From: Chloroflexi bacterium ADurb.Bin180
GTDB taxonomy: Bacteria; Chloroflexota; Anaerolineae; UBA2200
Assembly: GCA_002070215.1 (NCBI GenBank)
Contig: MWCV01000004.1
Location: forward strand, 19,407 to 83,406
Direction: 5' to 3'
Length of the DNA stretch: 64,000 nucleotides
Below the pieces are notes generated by a model. The model was given only the letters and a program-made list of their open reading frames with translations, did not search any database and had not been told where the DNA came from. A program made the translations under genes and the position numbers. Position 1 is the stretch's first letter. Every line of letters begins with the position of its first letter. This document shows positions 34,803-44,615 of this stretch, in pieces.

Positions 34803-36080
34803 TCACGGTTGTGTGCCTTCATCTCCGCCAAGGCGCTCGGAGAGTAGGATGCGTCTCTCCCAGACCTTGAAGAAAGGCAGCCAGACAATGGCCGGGATTA
34901 CGAGCCAGGTCGCGATGGAGAGGGCCAGGGCCCTGACGTCGTAGCCGGTGGAGAGCCAGGCGGACAACGGCGCGGGCAGTGCCCGGGGCAAGTAGATGTA
35001 AGCCGGCGTAACCCAGCCCAGGGCGTGAGCCACATAAGCAGCGGTGGCATTCAGGCCGGTTACTACCACGAACGGCACAGCGAGCAGCGGGTTGAAAATG
35101 ATCGGCGTGTCAAAGATGAGGCTCTCGTTGCGGTTGAAGAACCCCGCGCGCAGGTTCTCACGCCCTGCCTGGCGAAGGCGTTGCGATCTCGAGCGCGAGA
35201 GGTAGATGGCCAATGGCAGCGTGGTGCCTGATCCGCCGGCGACGACGTAGACGCGGAAGAGGTCCGAATAGATCCACCGCGGAGCCTGGCCGGACCAGCG
35301 CGCGAGGCCGTTCGCCACTGCGTTGCCGGTCAGTAGCGGTTGCAGTGCCGACCCCAGGATCAGGTTGCCATCGATGCCCAGCACCCAGAGCAGGGAGTGG
35401 GCTACCTCCGTCAGAACACAGGCCGGGCCAGAGGAGAGCAGGGAGACGAGATGGTCCCCCAACCCTAGGAGCGTGTTGAAGGCGGTCAGACTGGGCAAGA
35501 GGCGTGCCAGACAGGCCAGGCCGATAATTGCCAACGAGAGTAGGGCTCTGGCTACGACCGGGTGCCATTCGCGAGGGGTTGACTTTGTCTCAGGCGAAAC
35601 CTGGGCATCGGCGACAGACAGCGCGCAAGCTTCAACGGTGAGCAAGGCTACCACCAGGGCCAACACCAGGTTCTCCGGGCCGAAACGAGCCGCCAGTGCC
35701 GGCCGCAGTCGCTCGATGGTGAGTAGGCCAAACACCAGGACGGCAAGCCCGGTGGGCCAGGCGGGCTGGATGGTCTTCCTTTGCGCCAGGCGGAGAGAGA
35801 CGGCGCAGACGACGTAGAGGGAGAAGCAACCAAAGGTGAGCTTGAACAGCGCCTGGAGCCAGCGGGCAATCCAGGCGTGCTCTGTGACCATCCTCTGCCA
35901 GGGCAAAAGGGGCAACTCGCGAAGCAACAACGCCAGGCTGCCCAGGATGAGCACCGGGGTGAGAGAGGTCAGTCCGTCACGCATTGACTCCAGGTGAGGC
36001 TCGTCCAGAAGGGGAGCTGCTCGCTCCATCAAGTCGGAGAGTAGTGCGGGCCAATCAAGAGAGGAAGGTTGCCGGGTCAT
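34803..36080 (-). CDS. orphan PTS EIIC type-3 (cellobiose/chitobiose ChbC-like) permease-fold protein
   Basis: HLESMRDGLTSLTPVLILGSLALLL, VLGIDGNLILGS (GIHG-like), VVAGGSGTTLPLAIYL and FFNRNESLIFDTPIIFNPLLAVPFVV (NEPxxFGxPxxxNP-like). No EIIA or EIIB gene is nearby. Confidence 0.55.
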   Translation of the reverse strand: MTRQPSSLDWPALLSDLMERAAPLLDEPHLESMRDGLTSLTPVLILGSLALLLRELPLLPWQRMVTEHAWIARWLQALFKLTFGCFSLYVVCAVSLRLAQRKTIQPAWPTGLAVLVFGLLTIERLRPALAARFGPENLVLALVVALLTVEACALSVADAQVSPETKSTPREWHPVVARALLSLAIIGLACLARLLPSLTAFNTLLGLGDHLVSLLSSGPACVLTEVAHSLLWVLGIDGNLILGSALQPLLTGNAVANGLARWSGQAPRWIYSDLFRVYVVAGGSGTTLPLAIYLSRSRSQRLRQAGRENLRAGFFNRNESLIFDTPIIFNPLLAVPFVVVTGLNATAAYVAHALGWVTPAYIYLPRALPAPLSAWLSTGYDVRALALSIATWLVIPAIVWLPFFKVWERRILLSERLGGDEGTQP

Positions 36081-36174
36081 CGCGGTCCGCTTCAGGACGG
36101 TGATGCACGTCGACGATTCGGCTCTGGTTCGAACTGCCAGGAGGCCCGGTGCGTGACCGGAGCAGCGAGAGCCA

Positions 36175-36546
36175 CTACGGCTCCACCTCGACCGTGTCTC
36201 CCACGCTCAGGCCGGTGCGCTTGATTTCTCCGGCCGGCAGCTCGACGACGTAGAGCGCACTGAACACCGGGCGGTCAATCCGGTTGGGCTTGAGGTTTTC
36301 AGTGACAGCAACGATGCGCCCAGACCGGCTGACATAGATGACGTCGATGGGGAAGGCCATGCCAAACATGTGGATCCAGCGGCAGGGTCGAATCATCAGC
36401 CCTTGACCGGGACGCAACGGAGCATGCCCAAGGAGGCCCCTGTTGCGCGACTCTCTGGTCTCGGCGAGTTCGAGCTCGCCCAGCACAACTCGCGTCGGCT
36501 CGGGCGGCCGGCCCGGCTCGTTACGGCGTCGCGAGAGCAGTCTCAT
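36175..36546 (-). CDS. DUF192-family protein
   Basis: RNRGLLGHAPLRPGQGLMIRPCRWIHMFGMAFPIDVIYV...YVVELPAG matches the DUF192 core. The start overlaps the cpaF stop (36543-36546). Confidence 0.7.
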   Translation of the reverse strand: MRLLSRRRNEPGRPPEPTRVVLGELELAETRESRNRGLLGHAPLRPGQGLMIRPCRWIHMFGMAFPIDVIYVSRSGRIVAVTENLKPNRIDRPVFSALYVVELPAGEIKRTGLSVGDTVEVEP

Positions 36547-37883
36547 TTGCGGAGCAGTGCCTCCAGGCCGACGCCAAAGATGTTGCCGGGCAGCTTGATT
36601 CCGGCGTGCTCGATCTTTTCGGCAAACTTGGGTCTGATGCCGGTGGGATTCAGCCGACCGAGGATCTTGCCGTCCTTTTGGCCGGTTTGTTCAAAGCGGA
36701 GGATGTCCTGCATCACGACCACTTCGCCTTCCATCCCCTGCACCTCGGCTACCTGAACGACGCGGCGGGAGCCATCGCTCATACGGTCGAGGTGAATGAT
36801 GCAGTCGATGGCCGAAGAGATCTGCTCACGGATGGCCCGCAGCGGCAGGTCCATACCGGACATCAGGACCATGGTCTCCAAACGGCGCAGCGCGTCGCGG
36901 GCGGTGTTGGCGTGGAGAGTGCTCAGGCTGCCATCGTGGCCGGTGTTCATAGCCTGCAGCATGTCGAGGGCCTCGCCGCCGCGGGCTTCGCCGACGACGA
37001 TGCGGTCGGGCCTCATACGGAGCGCGTTGATTACCAGGTCGCGGATCGTGATCTGCCCTTTGCCTTCGATGTTGGGTGGCCGTGCTTCAAGAGTGACCAC
37101 GTGTTCCTGCTTGAGCTGTAGTTCTGCCGCGTCTTCGATGGTGATGATGCGCTCCCGAGACGGAATGTACTGGGAGAGAACATTGAGCAGGGTGGTCTTG
37201 CCCGAACCAGTTCCGCCCGAGATGATCATGTTCAGCCGCGCTTCAACGGCGGCTCTAGTGAGCTGGATGAATTCGGGAGTGATGGTGCCAAAGGTCTGCA
37301 AGTCGTTGTCGGTGAAGGGAATGTGCGAGAACTTGCGGATGGTAACTACAGGTCCGACCAGCGAGATCGGTGGAATGGTTACGTTTACGCGAGAGCCATC
37401 CGGGAGGCGGGCATCAACCATCGGGGAAGACTCGTCGACGCGCCGACCCAGGGGAGCGACGATGCGGTCGATGATTCTCAGCAGGTGTTCCTCGTTCTCG
37501 AACACACAACTGGTCTTTTCAATCTTGCCGGCGCGTTCGATGTAAATCTTGCGCGGCCCATTGATCATGATCTCGGTGATGGTATTGTCCTGCAGGAGTG
37601 GTTCGATAGGACCAAACCCGAGGATTTCCGCCAGCACCTGCTCCAGGAGCAGCATCCGCTCCGTGCGGCTCATGGCCGCATTCTCTTCCTCGACGACTTT
37701 GGGGAACATCGCCTCAATGGTGCGGCGGACAATGGTTGGGTTGCTGATGTCGAGCTGCGGATCCAGCCGTGCCAGCACTTTTTCGCGGATGCGCGCACTC
37801 AGCCTGGCATCGTCTCGGGCTCCGGTACTGTCTGGTCGCGTGTGGCCGATGGCTTGCCCCGGGGGGCGGCTCGCAAGGGTCAT
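36543..37883 (-). CDS. cpaF: Tad/Flp pilus secretion ATPase CpaF/TadA
   Basis: ITEIMINGP, Walker A GGTGSGKTT, IITIEDAAEL, and RMRPDRIVVGEARGGEA. ATG 37883 overlaps the upstream stop (ATGA). Confidence 0.9.
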   Translation of the reverse strand: MTLASRPPGQAIGHTRPDSTGARDDARLSARIREKVLARLDPQLDISNPTIVRRTIEAMFPKVVEEENAAMSRTERMLLLEQVLAEILGFGPIEPLLQDNTITEIMINGPRKIYIERAGKIEKTSCVFENEEHLLRIIDRIVAPLGRRVDESSPMVDARLPDGSRVNVTIPPISLVGPVVTIRKFSHIPFTDNDLQTFGTITPEFIQLTRAAVEARLNMIISGGTGSGKTTLLNVLSQYIPSRERIITIEDAAELQLKQEHVVTLEARPPNIEGKGQITIRDLVINALRMRPDRIVVGEARGGEALDMLQAMNTGHDGSLSTLHANTARDALRRLETMVLMSGMDLPLRAIREQISSAIDCIIHLDRMSDGSRRVVQVAEVQGMEGEVVVMQDILRFEQTGQKDGKILGRLNPTGIRPKFAEKIEHAGIKLPGNIFGVGLEALLRK

Positions 37884-39535
37884 GGCACGACGCTCCAGTT
37901 CTCCAGGCCGCAATTGCACTTGCCAGCCAGGATAGTGACCGCCTGGTCATAGTGGCTGAGTGCGGACAGGTAATCACTTTGTGCTACCTTAAAGTCGCCC
38001 TGGCGGATGCTGTCCTCATACAGTTCCACGGGGATGGCCGTGGCGCTTCGGGTGATGATGTCCAATCCTGTCTTGATGAGCCCTGTGCCGGCGGCCAGAT
38101 TGCCTGCCTTGGCGGCGGCTGTTCCCTGCTTGACAAAGGCTGCAAACAGCAGTCGCGCCGTATCTTGGCCACCATGAACACCAACAAGGGCCGCCGAGCG
38201 GTAATGGGCCTCGGCTGTTGCCCAGTCCCCAACACTCGCGGCGTTGTCGCCATCGCGCATCAACTGGACGAACTGGCGCTGGAACTCGTTCTCTGGCTCG
38301 ACTGTTCCACCCGGGGTGATCTGCGTCGGGTGGGGCACGGGTTCAGATGGCTCCGGAGCCGGCGCAGGCGTGACGGCGGTAGGCAGCGGCGCAATGGAGG
38401 TTGGCAGCGGAGCAACCGGCGTCGGCGGGGGCGCAGGCGTGGACTCGGTCCCGTGCAGAAGGATGGCGGCACTTCCGCCGGCATAGTCGGGCTGCTTGTC
38501 CACCACATACTGCAGCAGCAGCACTGCCGCGGGTCTATTACCCAGGACAATCAGTCTCTGGGCCTCCAGGTACTTGTCAGCCAGAGATACCTGCAGCGAC
38601 ACCACCTCGTTCTGTGGCTGGAGCGAGAGAGCCTTCTGGAACAACGCCTTGGCTTCAACCAGGGCCTCCAGGCTGCCCTTGCTGCCCTCCACCAGCTCGA
38701 TGGCTTGCTTGTAGTAACCGTCGAACAGGTGCGCGCTGACCGTTGCCTTCTCATAATCGACGCTCAGGTCGATCAAGTCCTCGTAGGCGCGGCACGCCTC
38801 AGCCCACTTGCCTGTCTTGTAGGCTGCCTCAGCCCGCGCAAAGGCTGCACTCAGCGTCGCCTGCTGCTGGACATAGAGCAGTTTGACCTGCGCGTCGCCA
38901 TACCGCGGATCAACCGCAATCACTGATCGGAGAATCGTCTCAGCCCTGGCCCAGTCCTTAGCGATCACCGCTGCTTCGGCGCTGGCATAGTCGGCGTCGA
39001 GGGCCTTTCTTTGCTCGATCTGCTCGAGGGCCTGCGTCCAGGCCGTGTTGCCAGGATCGGCGGCGAGCAGTTCGTTAAAGGCCTCCTCAGCGTTGGCATA
39101 GTCGCGGTTGGCAAGGAGTTGGTAAGCACGTGTCACTTGCTGGGCCTTTTGTCGCTGCTCCTGTGTCTTGGTTTCGTCGGGACGAATCCACGTGTTGTAG
39201 GCGTAGCGGCCAGCGTAAGCAGCGCCCACCAGCAGTGCCAGGACGGCGAGCGCGAGGGCGATGTATTTCAGGCGCCCACCAAAGCGCACTCGCTTGGGTT
39301 TGGGCCGCGCCTCTTCCAGGGAGGCCTTGACGCGGGTTTCGTCCAGGAAGGCGCGGGCGGCAGCATGGTCAGGGCGCAGGCGCAGTACCTCTTCAAAGCT
39401 GGCCGCAGCCTGATCCCAGCGGCCATTCTGAAAATCGAGCAGACCTTGCTGGTACACCGTGTCGGCCTGCTGCTCCTGTGCTGTCGTATCGGGAACACTG
39501 TCAATGATTGGTTGTTCTTCCATGGCGGACCTCAT
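37880..39535 (-). CDS. single-pass membrane TPR-repeat protein of the Tad locus
   Basis: TPR-like helical repeats on both sides of a TM segment (YIALALAVLALLVGAAYA) and a Pro-rich linker. An alternative start is ATG 39523. Confidence 0.6.
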   Translation of the reverse strand: MRSAMEEQPIIDSVPDTTAQEQQADTVYQQGLLDFQNGRWDQAAASFEEVLRLRPDHAAARAFLDETRVKASLEEARPKPKRVRFGGRLKYIALALAVLALLVGAAYAGRYAYNTWIRPDETKTQEQRQKAQQVTRAYQLLANRDYANAEEAFNELLAADPGNTAWTQALEQIEQRKALDADYASAEAAVIAKDWARAETILRSVIAVDPRYGDAQVKLLYVQQQATLSAAFARAEAAYKTGKWAEACRAYEDLIDLSVDYEKATVSAHLFDGYYKQAIELVEGSKGSLEALVEAKALFQKALSLQPQNEVVSLQVSLADKYLEAQRLIVLGNRPAAVLLLQYVVDKQPDYAGGSAAILLHGTESTPAPPPTPVAPLPTSIAPLPTAVTPAPAPEPSEPVPHPTQITPGGTVEPENEFQRQFVQLMRDGDNAASVGDWATAEAHYRSAALVGVHGGQDTARLLFAAFVKQGTAAAKAGNLAAGTGLIKTGLDIITRSATAIPVELYEDSIRQGDFKVAQSDYLSALSHYDQAVTILAGKCNCGLENWSVVP

Positions 39536-39551
39536 TCTGTGCCGAGTCTGG

Positions 39552-40493
39552 CTACCTCAAGATGTCGGCAAAGCTACGAACCACGATGGGAATGGCCGGC
39601 CCGATGGAGACGGCCAAAAGTGCCGGAAAGATCATAAAGATGAGCGGAAACAGCATCTTGAGCGGTACCTTGCGGGCCTCTTCCTCTGCTCTCTGCCAGC
39701 GTTTGACGCGCATCTGCTCCGACTGGTTGTGAAGGACGCTGGCAATGCTCAGCCCGAACTGCTCGGCCTGCATCAGCACCGCGGTAAAGCTGCCCACTTC
39801 CTCGACATTGGTGCGCCAGGCCAGGTTCTGCAGGGCCTCGCGCCTGGTCAGCCCGATGCGCACCTCGGCCACGACTTTGCCGAACTCCATGGCGATGGCG
39901 TTCTTCCACTTCTCGCTGATTTTGAGCATGCCGGCGTCGAGGCCGGATCCGGCATCAACGCAGATGGTGAGCATGTCCAGGGCATCGGGCAGGCTGCGCC
40001 TGATTTCCCCCTTGCGTTTGCGGACGCGCGAGCCCAGCCAAAAGTCAGGCACAAGAAAGGCGATCCCGGCGCCAATGAGCGGGAAGGCGATCAAGCGGAG
40101 TGCGGCACCGCCGGCGATGGTCGCGAAATAGAATGTAGCCACTCCCACGACAAGCCCCAGCAGAAGCTTGACGCCGAGGAAATCCAACACGCCGAGGTTG
40201 AAGGGGTGCCCGGCCCTGACCAGGTCCGTTCGAATTCGCTCGATGTTGCGGGATGGAGCCAGACGGCCCGCGGCCTGCATCTGGTTGCGCAACCACGGCT
40301 TGAGCACGCGCTCGGCAAAGCTCTCTTCGAGTTCGGCGTCTTCGGTGGGATGAGGGCTTGCAGTGAGGCGTTCCAGTTGCTGTTTGGCAGTCTCGCTGTG
40401 GGTCAGCCGCCTCAAGCCAACCAGCAGCGAAACAACGCTCAGCATCGCCATAGTCGCAATGGACAGACCCAACGTCGTGGTGCTCATTGACAC
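39552..40493 (-). CDS. tadC: Flp pilus assembly platform protein TadC (T2SSF family)
   Basis: T2SSF-type layout: cytoplasmic helical domain (LPDALDMLTICVDAGSGLDAGM...) flanked by TM helices. Confidence 0.8.
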   Translation of the reverse strand: MSMSTTTLGLSIATMAMLSVVSLLVGLRRLTHSETAKQQLERLTASPHPTEDAELEESFAERVLKPWLRNQMQAAGRLAPSRNIERIRTDLVRAGHPFNLGVLDFLGVKLLLGLVVGVATFYFATIAGGAALRLIAFPLIGAGIAFLVPDFWLGSRVRKRKGEIRRSLPDALDMLTICVDAGSGLDAGMLKISEKWKNAIAMEFGKVVAEVRIGLTRREALQNLAWRTNVEEVGSFTAVLMQAEQFGLSIASVLHNQSEQMRVKRWQRAEEEARKVPLKMLFPLIFMIFPALLAVSIGPAIPIVVRSFADILR

Positions 40494-40500
40494 GCAGCTC

Positions 40501-41499
40501 CTAGAACTCGACCTTGCTTAGCTTGCCCATGACAAAGTAGCCGGCTATCTCCAGGATCACGGCGGTGATCGGAATCAGAAGCGTCCAGCCGGGCGTGAAA
40601 AGAGCGCTAAGGTAGTCGGGACTGATGATATGAATCATGACCGCAACAGCTGCCGGCAGAATGGTCAGGATGGTTCTTTGCAGGTTCTGTTGCGCCGTGA
40701 GCACGCGCAGCTGGCCCTTGAGCCGAATGCGTTCACGGATGGTGCCGCTGATCGTCTCCAGGATGATGGCCAGGTTGCCCCCGACTTCGTACTGGATGGC
40801 AATGGCGGTCACGACCAGGTCGAGGTCGTCGCTCTTGATGCGGCGGACCAGGTTCTGCAGCGCCTGAGTGGCCGACATGCCCAAACCGATCTCTCTCACC
40901 ACGCGCGCAAACTCCTCGCTGGCAGGCGGAGGCATCTGCTTGGCCACTGTGTCCATAGCGATAGTGATGCCATAGCCGCTGCGCAGCGAGCCGACCAGAA
41001 GCGTTAGAACGTCAGGCAACTGGTCCTGGAAAAGGAGGAGCCGTCTGGCTTCCCGATTGTGGAGATAGATGCGCGGCAGAAAGAGACCCAGAGCGCCGCC
41101 GAGCATGGCGAAAAGCAGTTGCCGCGTGAAGAGAAAGATCAAGAGGAATAGGCCAGCAGTGGTCGCCAGTTGGATAAGAACGAACTCGGGTACCGTGAGT
41201 GGCAGGTTGGCCCGGGCCAGGTCAGTGGCTATCGAGGCGGCAAAGCTGCGCCCCGAGACGAGCCGGGCCACGCCTTGCACCAGCGGTTCAAACCAACGGC
41301 CCTTGCGCTTGTCATCGGTAATCGCAAGAGGCTGTGCGTCCTGCAGGAGGTCCTCGAGGCGTGAGGCAACGGTGTCCTGTCGCTCGATGAGCCGGCCAAG
41401 GCCGACGAACATCAGGAGGACCGCCGCAACTATGCCAAGTGCGCTGAGGGCTACAAGCACACCCACCGTCAACCTCCCCAGACGGGCAGACGTGTCCAC
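40501..41499 (-). CDS. tadB: Flp pilus assembly platform protein TadB (T2SSF family)
   Basis: QLPDVLTLLVGSLRSGYGITIAMDTV... T2SSF domain. An alternative GTG start at 41466 lies 6 nt after GGGAGG. Confidence 0.8.
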   Translation of the reverse strand: MDTSARLGRLTVGVLVALSALGIVAAVLLMFVGLGRLIERQDTVASRLEDLLQDAQPLAITDDKRKGRWFEPLVQGVARLVSGRSFAASIATDLARANLPLTVPEFVLIQLATTAGLFLLIFLFTRQLLFAMLGGALGLFLPRIYLHNREARRLLLFQDQLPDVLTLLVGSLRSGYGITIAMDTVAKQMPPPASEEFARVVREIGLGMSATQALQNLVRRIKSDDLDLVVTAIAIQYEVGGNLAIILETISGTIRERIRLKGQLRVLTAQQNLQRTILTILPAAVAVMIHIISPDYLSALFTPGWTLLIPITAVILEIAGYFVMGKLSKVEF

Positions 41500-42143
41500 C
41501 CGGCGAGCTGCTGCCCAAAGAGCATCGTGCTCAGGCAGCCGGCCACCAGGTAAGGCGCATAGGGAATGTACTGCTTGGGTCCGCGGATGCGCGTGACGAG
41601 CAGCACTGCAGCAGCCAGACCGCCAAACAGGATTCCCAGCAGTAACGCCTGAAATACTGCCGGAAAGCCATTGATCGTCCCGATCAGAATCGCCAGCTTG
41701 ACATCACCGGGTCCGAGTGCGCCGCGCCCCGCGGCAGCGAGCAGTATGAACAGAGCCCCGGCCGAGAGAGCGCCAGTCAATGCCGAACGCGGGTCGGGCA
41801 GCACACGGAGAATGCTGAACAACAGAGACAGCACTATGCCGGTGGCTACCAGTACGTTGGGGACCAGGCGGTGTTCGAGGTCGATTGCGCCGATCAGTAG
41901 CAGCAGCTCGCTCAGCATGAACCGGGCCCAGAAAGTGGGGTCCCACGAGTGAACCCGGTACAGGTACACGGCAAAGGCAACTGAACCCGCGAGCAACAAC
42001 AGGGTTCGCCAGAACGGACGGGGGCGAGAAGAGACCACCGGGATACCGTCGCCATCTTCGTCGGCAATGCGGGCCGGCAGCCAGTCCGCGACCCAGTTGG
42101 TGAGCCAGGCACCGGCGAGGCCCAGGAGCAGCGCAGCCCACAT
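41469..42143 (-). CDS. A24-family prepilin peptidase (TadV/CpaA-like)
   Basis: Polytopic protein with GAIDLEHRLVPN and GPGDVKLAILIG aspartyl-protease motifs. ATG 42143 starts 4 nt after the cpaE stop. Confidence 0.8.
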   Translation of the reverse strand: MWAALLLGLAGAWLTNWVADWLPARIADEDGDGIPVVSSRPRPFWRTLLLLAGSVAFAVYLYRVHSWDPTFWARFMLSELLLLIGAIDLEHRLVPNVLVATGIVLSLLFSILRVLPDPRSALTGALSAGALFILLAAAGRGALGPGDVKLAILIGTINGFPAVFQALLLGILFGGLAAAVLLVTRIRGPKQYIPYAPYLVAGCLSTMLFGQQLAGWTRLPVWGG

Positions 42144-42147
42144 GTGG

Positions 42148-43368
42148 CTAGCTCCCAGCCTGACCACGCCCCAGGAGTGCGCTGGCCATGGCCGGGGCGG
42201 GGCGCTTTTTGGAGGCTCTGTTGAGAACCAGATCCGCAAGCTGAACGACACTCTGAGCAACGGCGCTCTTGGGATGGCTAATGACCACAGGAATGCCACG
42301 GTTGACGGAATAGGTCATCAGGGGCTCGTCATTGGGTATGGTCACATCGACACTCGTCTGGAGGGCCGCCTCGACATCGCGGAGCTGCAGTCCACCCTTG
42401 GTAGGGTAACGATTCAGCACGACCAGAGGCTTGGTGTCCCGCATCCAGGAGGCAGCCGACTGAAGGAACAGGTGGGCATTGCGCAGCGAGGTCATCTCCG
42501 GGGTAAGGATGAGAACGGTCTCGGACAGTTGTAGTATTGCCATCGTACTGGCATCCATGGAAGTGGCGGTGTCAAGGACGAGAAAGTCACACGCTTCCTG
42601 CAGCCAGCCGATGATGCGCTGCCATTGTTCTGGCGCTACATGTGAAACGTCCTGTGCCCACGGGTAGGAGGCTAGCACACGGATGTCGGATGAATGAGCA
42701 GTAAGCACCGACCCGAGAAGCTCCATATCGAGTTGGTCCAGCCGAGGCAGCAGGTCGCCCACGGTATGCTGCGGGGCCAGATTGAGCATTACGGCGAGAG
42801 TCCCGCCCAGCGTCGAAGAGTCGACAACGGTTACTCTCCTGGCGCTCTTGGAGCGAAGGGCAACCGCCAGGTTGACCGCCAGAGCAGTAGTCCCCACTCC
42901 GCCCTTGGCACCCCACAGGGCCACAATGTGCGCCAGAGTCTTTTCCTCGCTGCGCAACGCTGCCTTCACCCGGGCTACCAGCTCTGCCGGGGCCACGGGC
43001 TTGATGATAAAGTCGTCGGCTCCAGCCTTGAAGCCGGCTACCTTATCGGTCACGTCAGTGCGGCTGGAGTAGAGCAGGATCGGAGTCTTGGCCGTCGACG
43101 GCACTGCTCTGAGCGTGCGACAAACCTCATAGCCATCCACATCGGGCAGGTCAGTGTCCAACAGGACTAGTTTGGGGCGATTGAGTTCCGCCAGTACCAC
43201 TCCGGCCTGGCCGGTAATGGCGGTGAGGACCTCCAGGCCCTCGGCGCGGAGAACGCGCTGGATGTTCTCAGCGACGTCGACGTCGTGATCGATAACGAGA
43301 ATGGTCGTTGACACTGACTGCCCCTTATGGTTCGACTGGAATGCGGATGCGGTACCGGTCGATGACAT
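42148..43368 (-). CDS. cpaE: CpaE/TadZ-like pilus localisation ATPase (REC domain + MinD/ParA-type ATPase)
   Basis: ILVIDHDVDV...LVLLDTDLPDVDG receiver and deviant Walker A GAKGGVGTTALAVNLA. An alternative GTG start at 43314 lies 6 nt after AAGGGG. Confidence 0.8.
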   Translation of the reverse strand: MSSTGTASAFQSNHKGQSVSTTILVIDHDVDVAENIQRVLRAEGLEVLTAITGQAGVVLAELNRPKLVLLDTDLPDVDGYEVCRTLRAVPSTAKTPILLYSSRTDVTDKVAGFKAGADDFIIKPVAPAELVARVKAALRSEEKTLAHIVALWGAKGGVGTTALAVNLAVALRSKSARRVTVVDSSTLGGTLAVMLNLAPQHTVGDLLPRLDQLDMELLGSVLTAHSSDIRVLASYPWAQDVSHVAPEQWQRIIGWLQEACDFLVLDTATSMDASTMAILQLSETVLILTPEMTSLRNAHLFLQSAASWMRDTKPLVVLNRYPTKGGLQLRDVEAALQTSVDVTIPNDEPLMTYSVNRGIPVVISHPKSAVAQSVVQLADLVLNRASKKRPAPAMASALLGRGQAGS

Positions 43369-44104
43369 AGTTGATGTTCACCGACTGCGTCTCAGAGATC
43401 TCGGTGGCCTCCGGCGCCCGCAGCACGATGTCGACGCCGCCGCCGATGTCCTTGAGGTGCTTGAGGATCAGAGCATCCTGGGGATCGAGGGCAAAGACGA
43501 TGGCCAATGGCCCCACACCGTGACTTCCAACTCGAGCGGATGCCTCCACGCCCAGGTCAGAGGAGTGGATCACCGCCGCGATCTCGAGATTCTGCAAAGC
43601 GTTGAAGGTAACCGTTCCTCCCCGGCCCTCACCCTGCGTCTCCACGTTGATGGAGAACAGCAAGTCGACGTGGTCGCCTGGCTGGAGCATGTCGACCTGA
43701 CTCATCAAGTCGCCGGCGGGGAAAGCCATGGCGACCTTGGTCTTGTCCATCAAGAAGGCCACGTGCTCGCCTTTCATCGTCGGCGAGACGATGTTGGTAG
43801 TCAGGATCATCTCGTCGGGAGCCAGCGGCACCATGGTCAACAGCCCCACCACCTGATCCAGGCTGCGCGCGGCGCTTTCGGGAACGATGTCGGCCGGTGC
43901 CTTGCGCAGCTCTACATCAGCGGCCTGGATGAGGCCGCGGACACCCAGAGCGCGGGTCGAAACCACAACATCTACGGTCGGCGCCTCGGGTGCGACTGGC
44001 TTGGCCAGCAATGCCCTTTGGATCGCGACATAAGCCAGCAAGCCAGCCAGGAGCGCGATGACAGCTCCCGCTGCTATCCAGATGCATCCAGATCTTTTTC
44101 TCAT
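43325..44104 (-). CDS. cpaB: Flp pilus assembly protein CpaB/RcpC (SAF domain)
   Basis: N-terminal TM anchor, then VDVVVSTRALGVRGLIQAADVELRKAP (SAF-like). GGAGGAG Shine-Dalgarno is upstream. Confidence 0.75.
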   Translation of the reverse strand: MRKRSGCIWIAAGAVIALLAGLLAYVAIQRALLAKPVAPEAPTVDVVVSTRALGVRGLIQAADVELRKAPADIVPESAARSLDQVVGLLTMVPLAPDEMILTTNIVSPTMKGEHVAFLMDKTKVAMAFPAGDLMSQVDMLQPGDHVDLLFSINVETQGEGRGGTVTFNALQNLEIAAVIHSSDLGVEASARVGSHGVGPLAIVFALDPQDALILKHLKDIGGGVDIVLRAPEATEISETQSVNINYVIDRYRIRIPVEP

Positions 44105-44615
44105 CTAGGGCCATCTCCTCCGGCCTCGATGGCGCCCGACCGGACTGGTGGGCCCGGTCAGTTGCTCGGCAGCAGCCGTGCTCGGCGCCTGTTGGCCTGC
44201 CGGTTACGAGTCCTGCGCATCATACACGAATTTGTGGAATTGAGCCTATCTGTACTAGCTGGATCTCGACCGCTCCGCCGCTGTCACCACTCGGCCGCGG
44301 CTCCGGGCGGAGCAAATTAAGCCCGCATAGAGCCAGCCACTGGCCTTGGCCGTCATGCAGCCCCTGCGCGGGACACGTGCGCTGTCGTCATTCGAGATGA
44401 CGTGAGGGGTATTGAATAGATACGGGAAGTCAACAGTGGCACTTGCCGTGAGACTGGCTCGCCGGCCGGGCGAAAGCAGCAAGAGCGATGCCCTCAATGG
44501 CCGGAACCGGCAAGCTCAAGTGGAAGGCCAACCCACAGGCCATCAGCGAAGCTCCTGCCTGCCCCGAGTTTTCGGCGCACTTTGCGACACCAGGTTCGCT
44601 GGGTGGTTCGGTGGG

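Noticed and set aside
44462-44500. SRP (4.5S) RNA-like motif: GNRA-type loop GAAA followed by AGCA (…CCGGGCGAAAGCAGCAAG…).
   Set aside because: The flanking helices and the symmetric and asymmetric loops do not match the conserved domain IV pattern (…GGUCC-GGAA-GGAAGCAGCC…). The resemblance is limited to a few bases.
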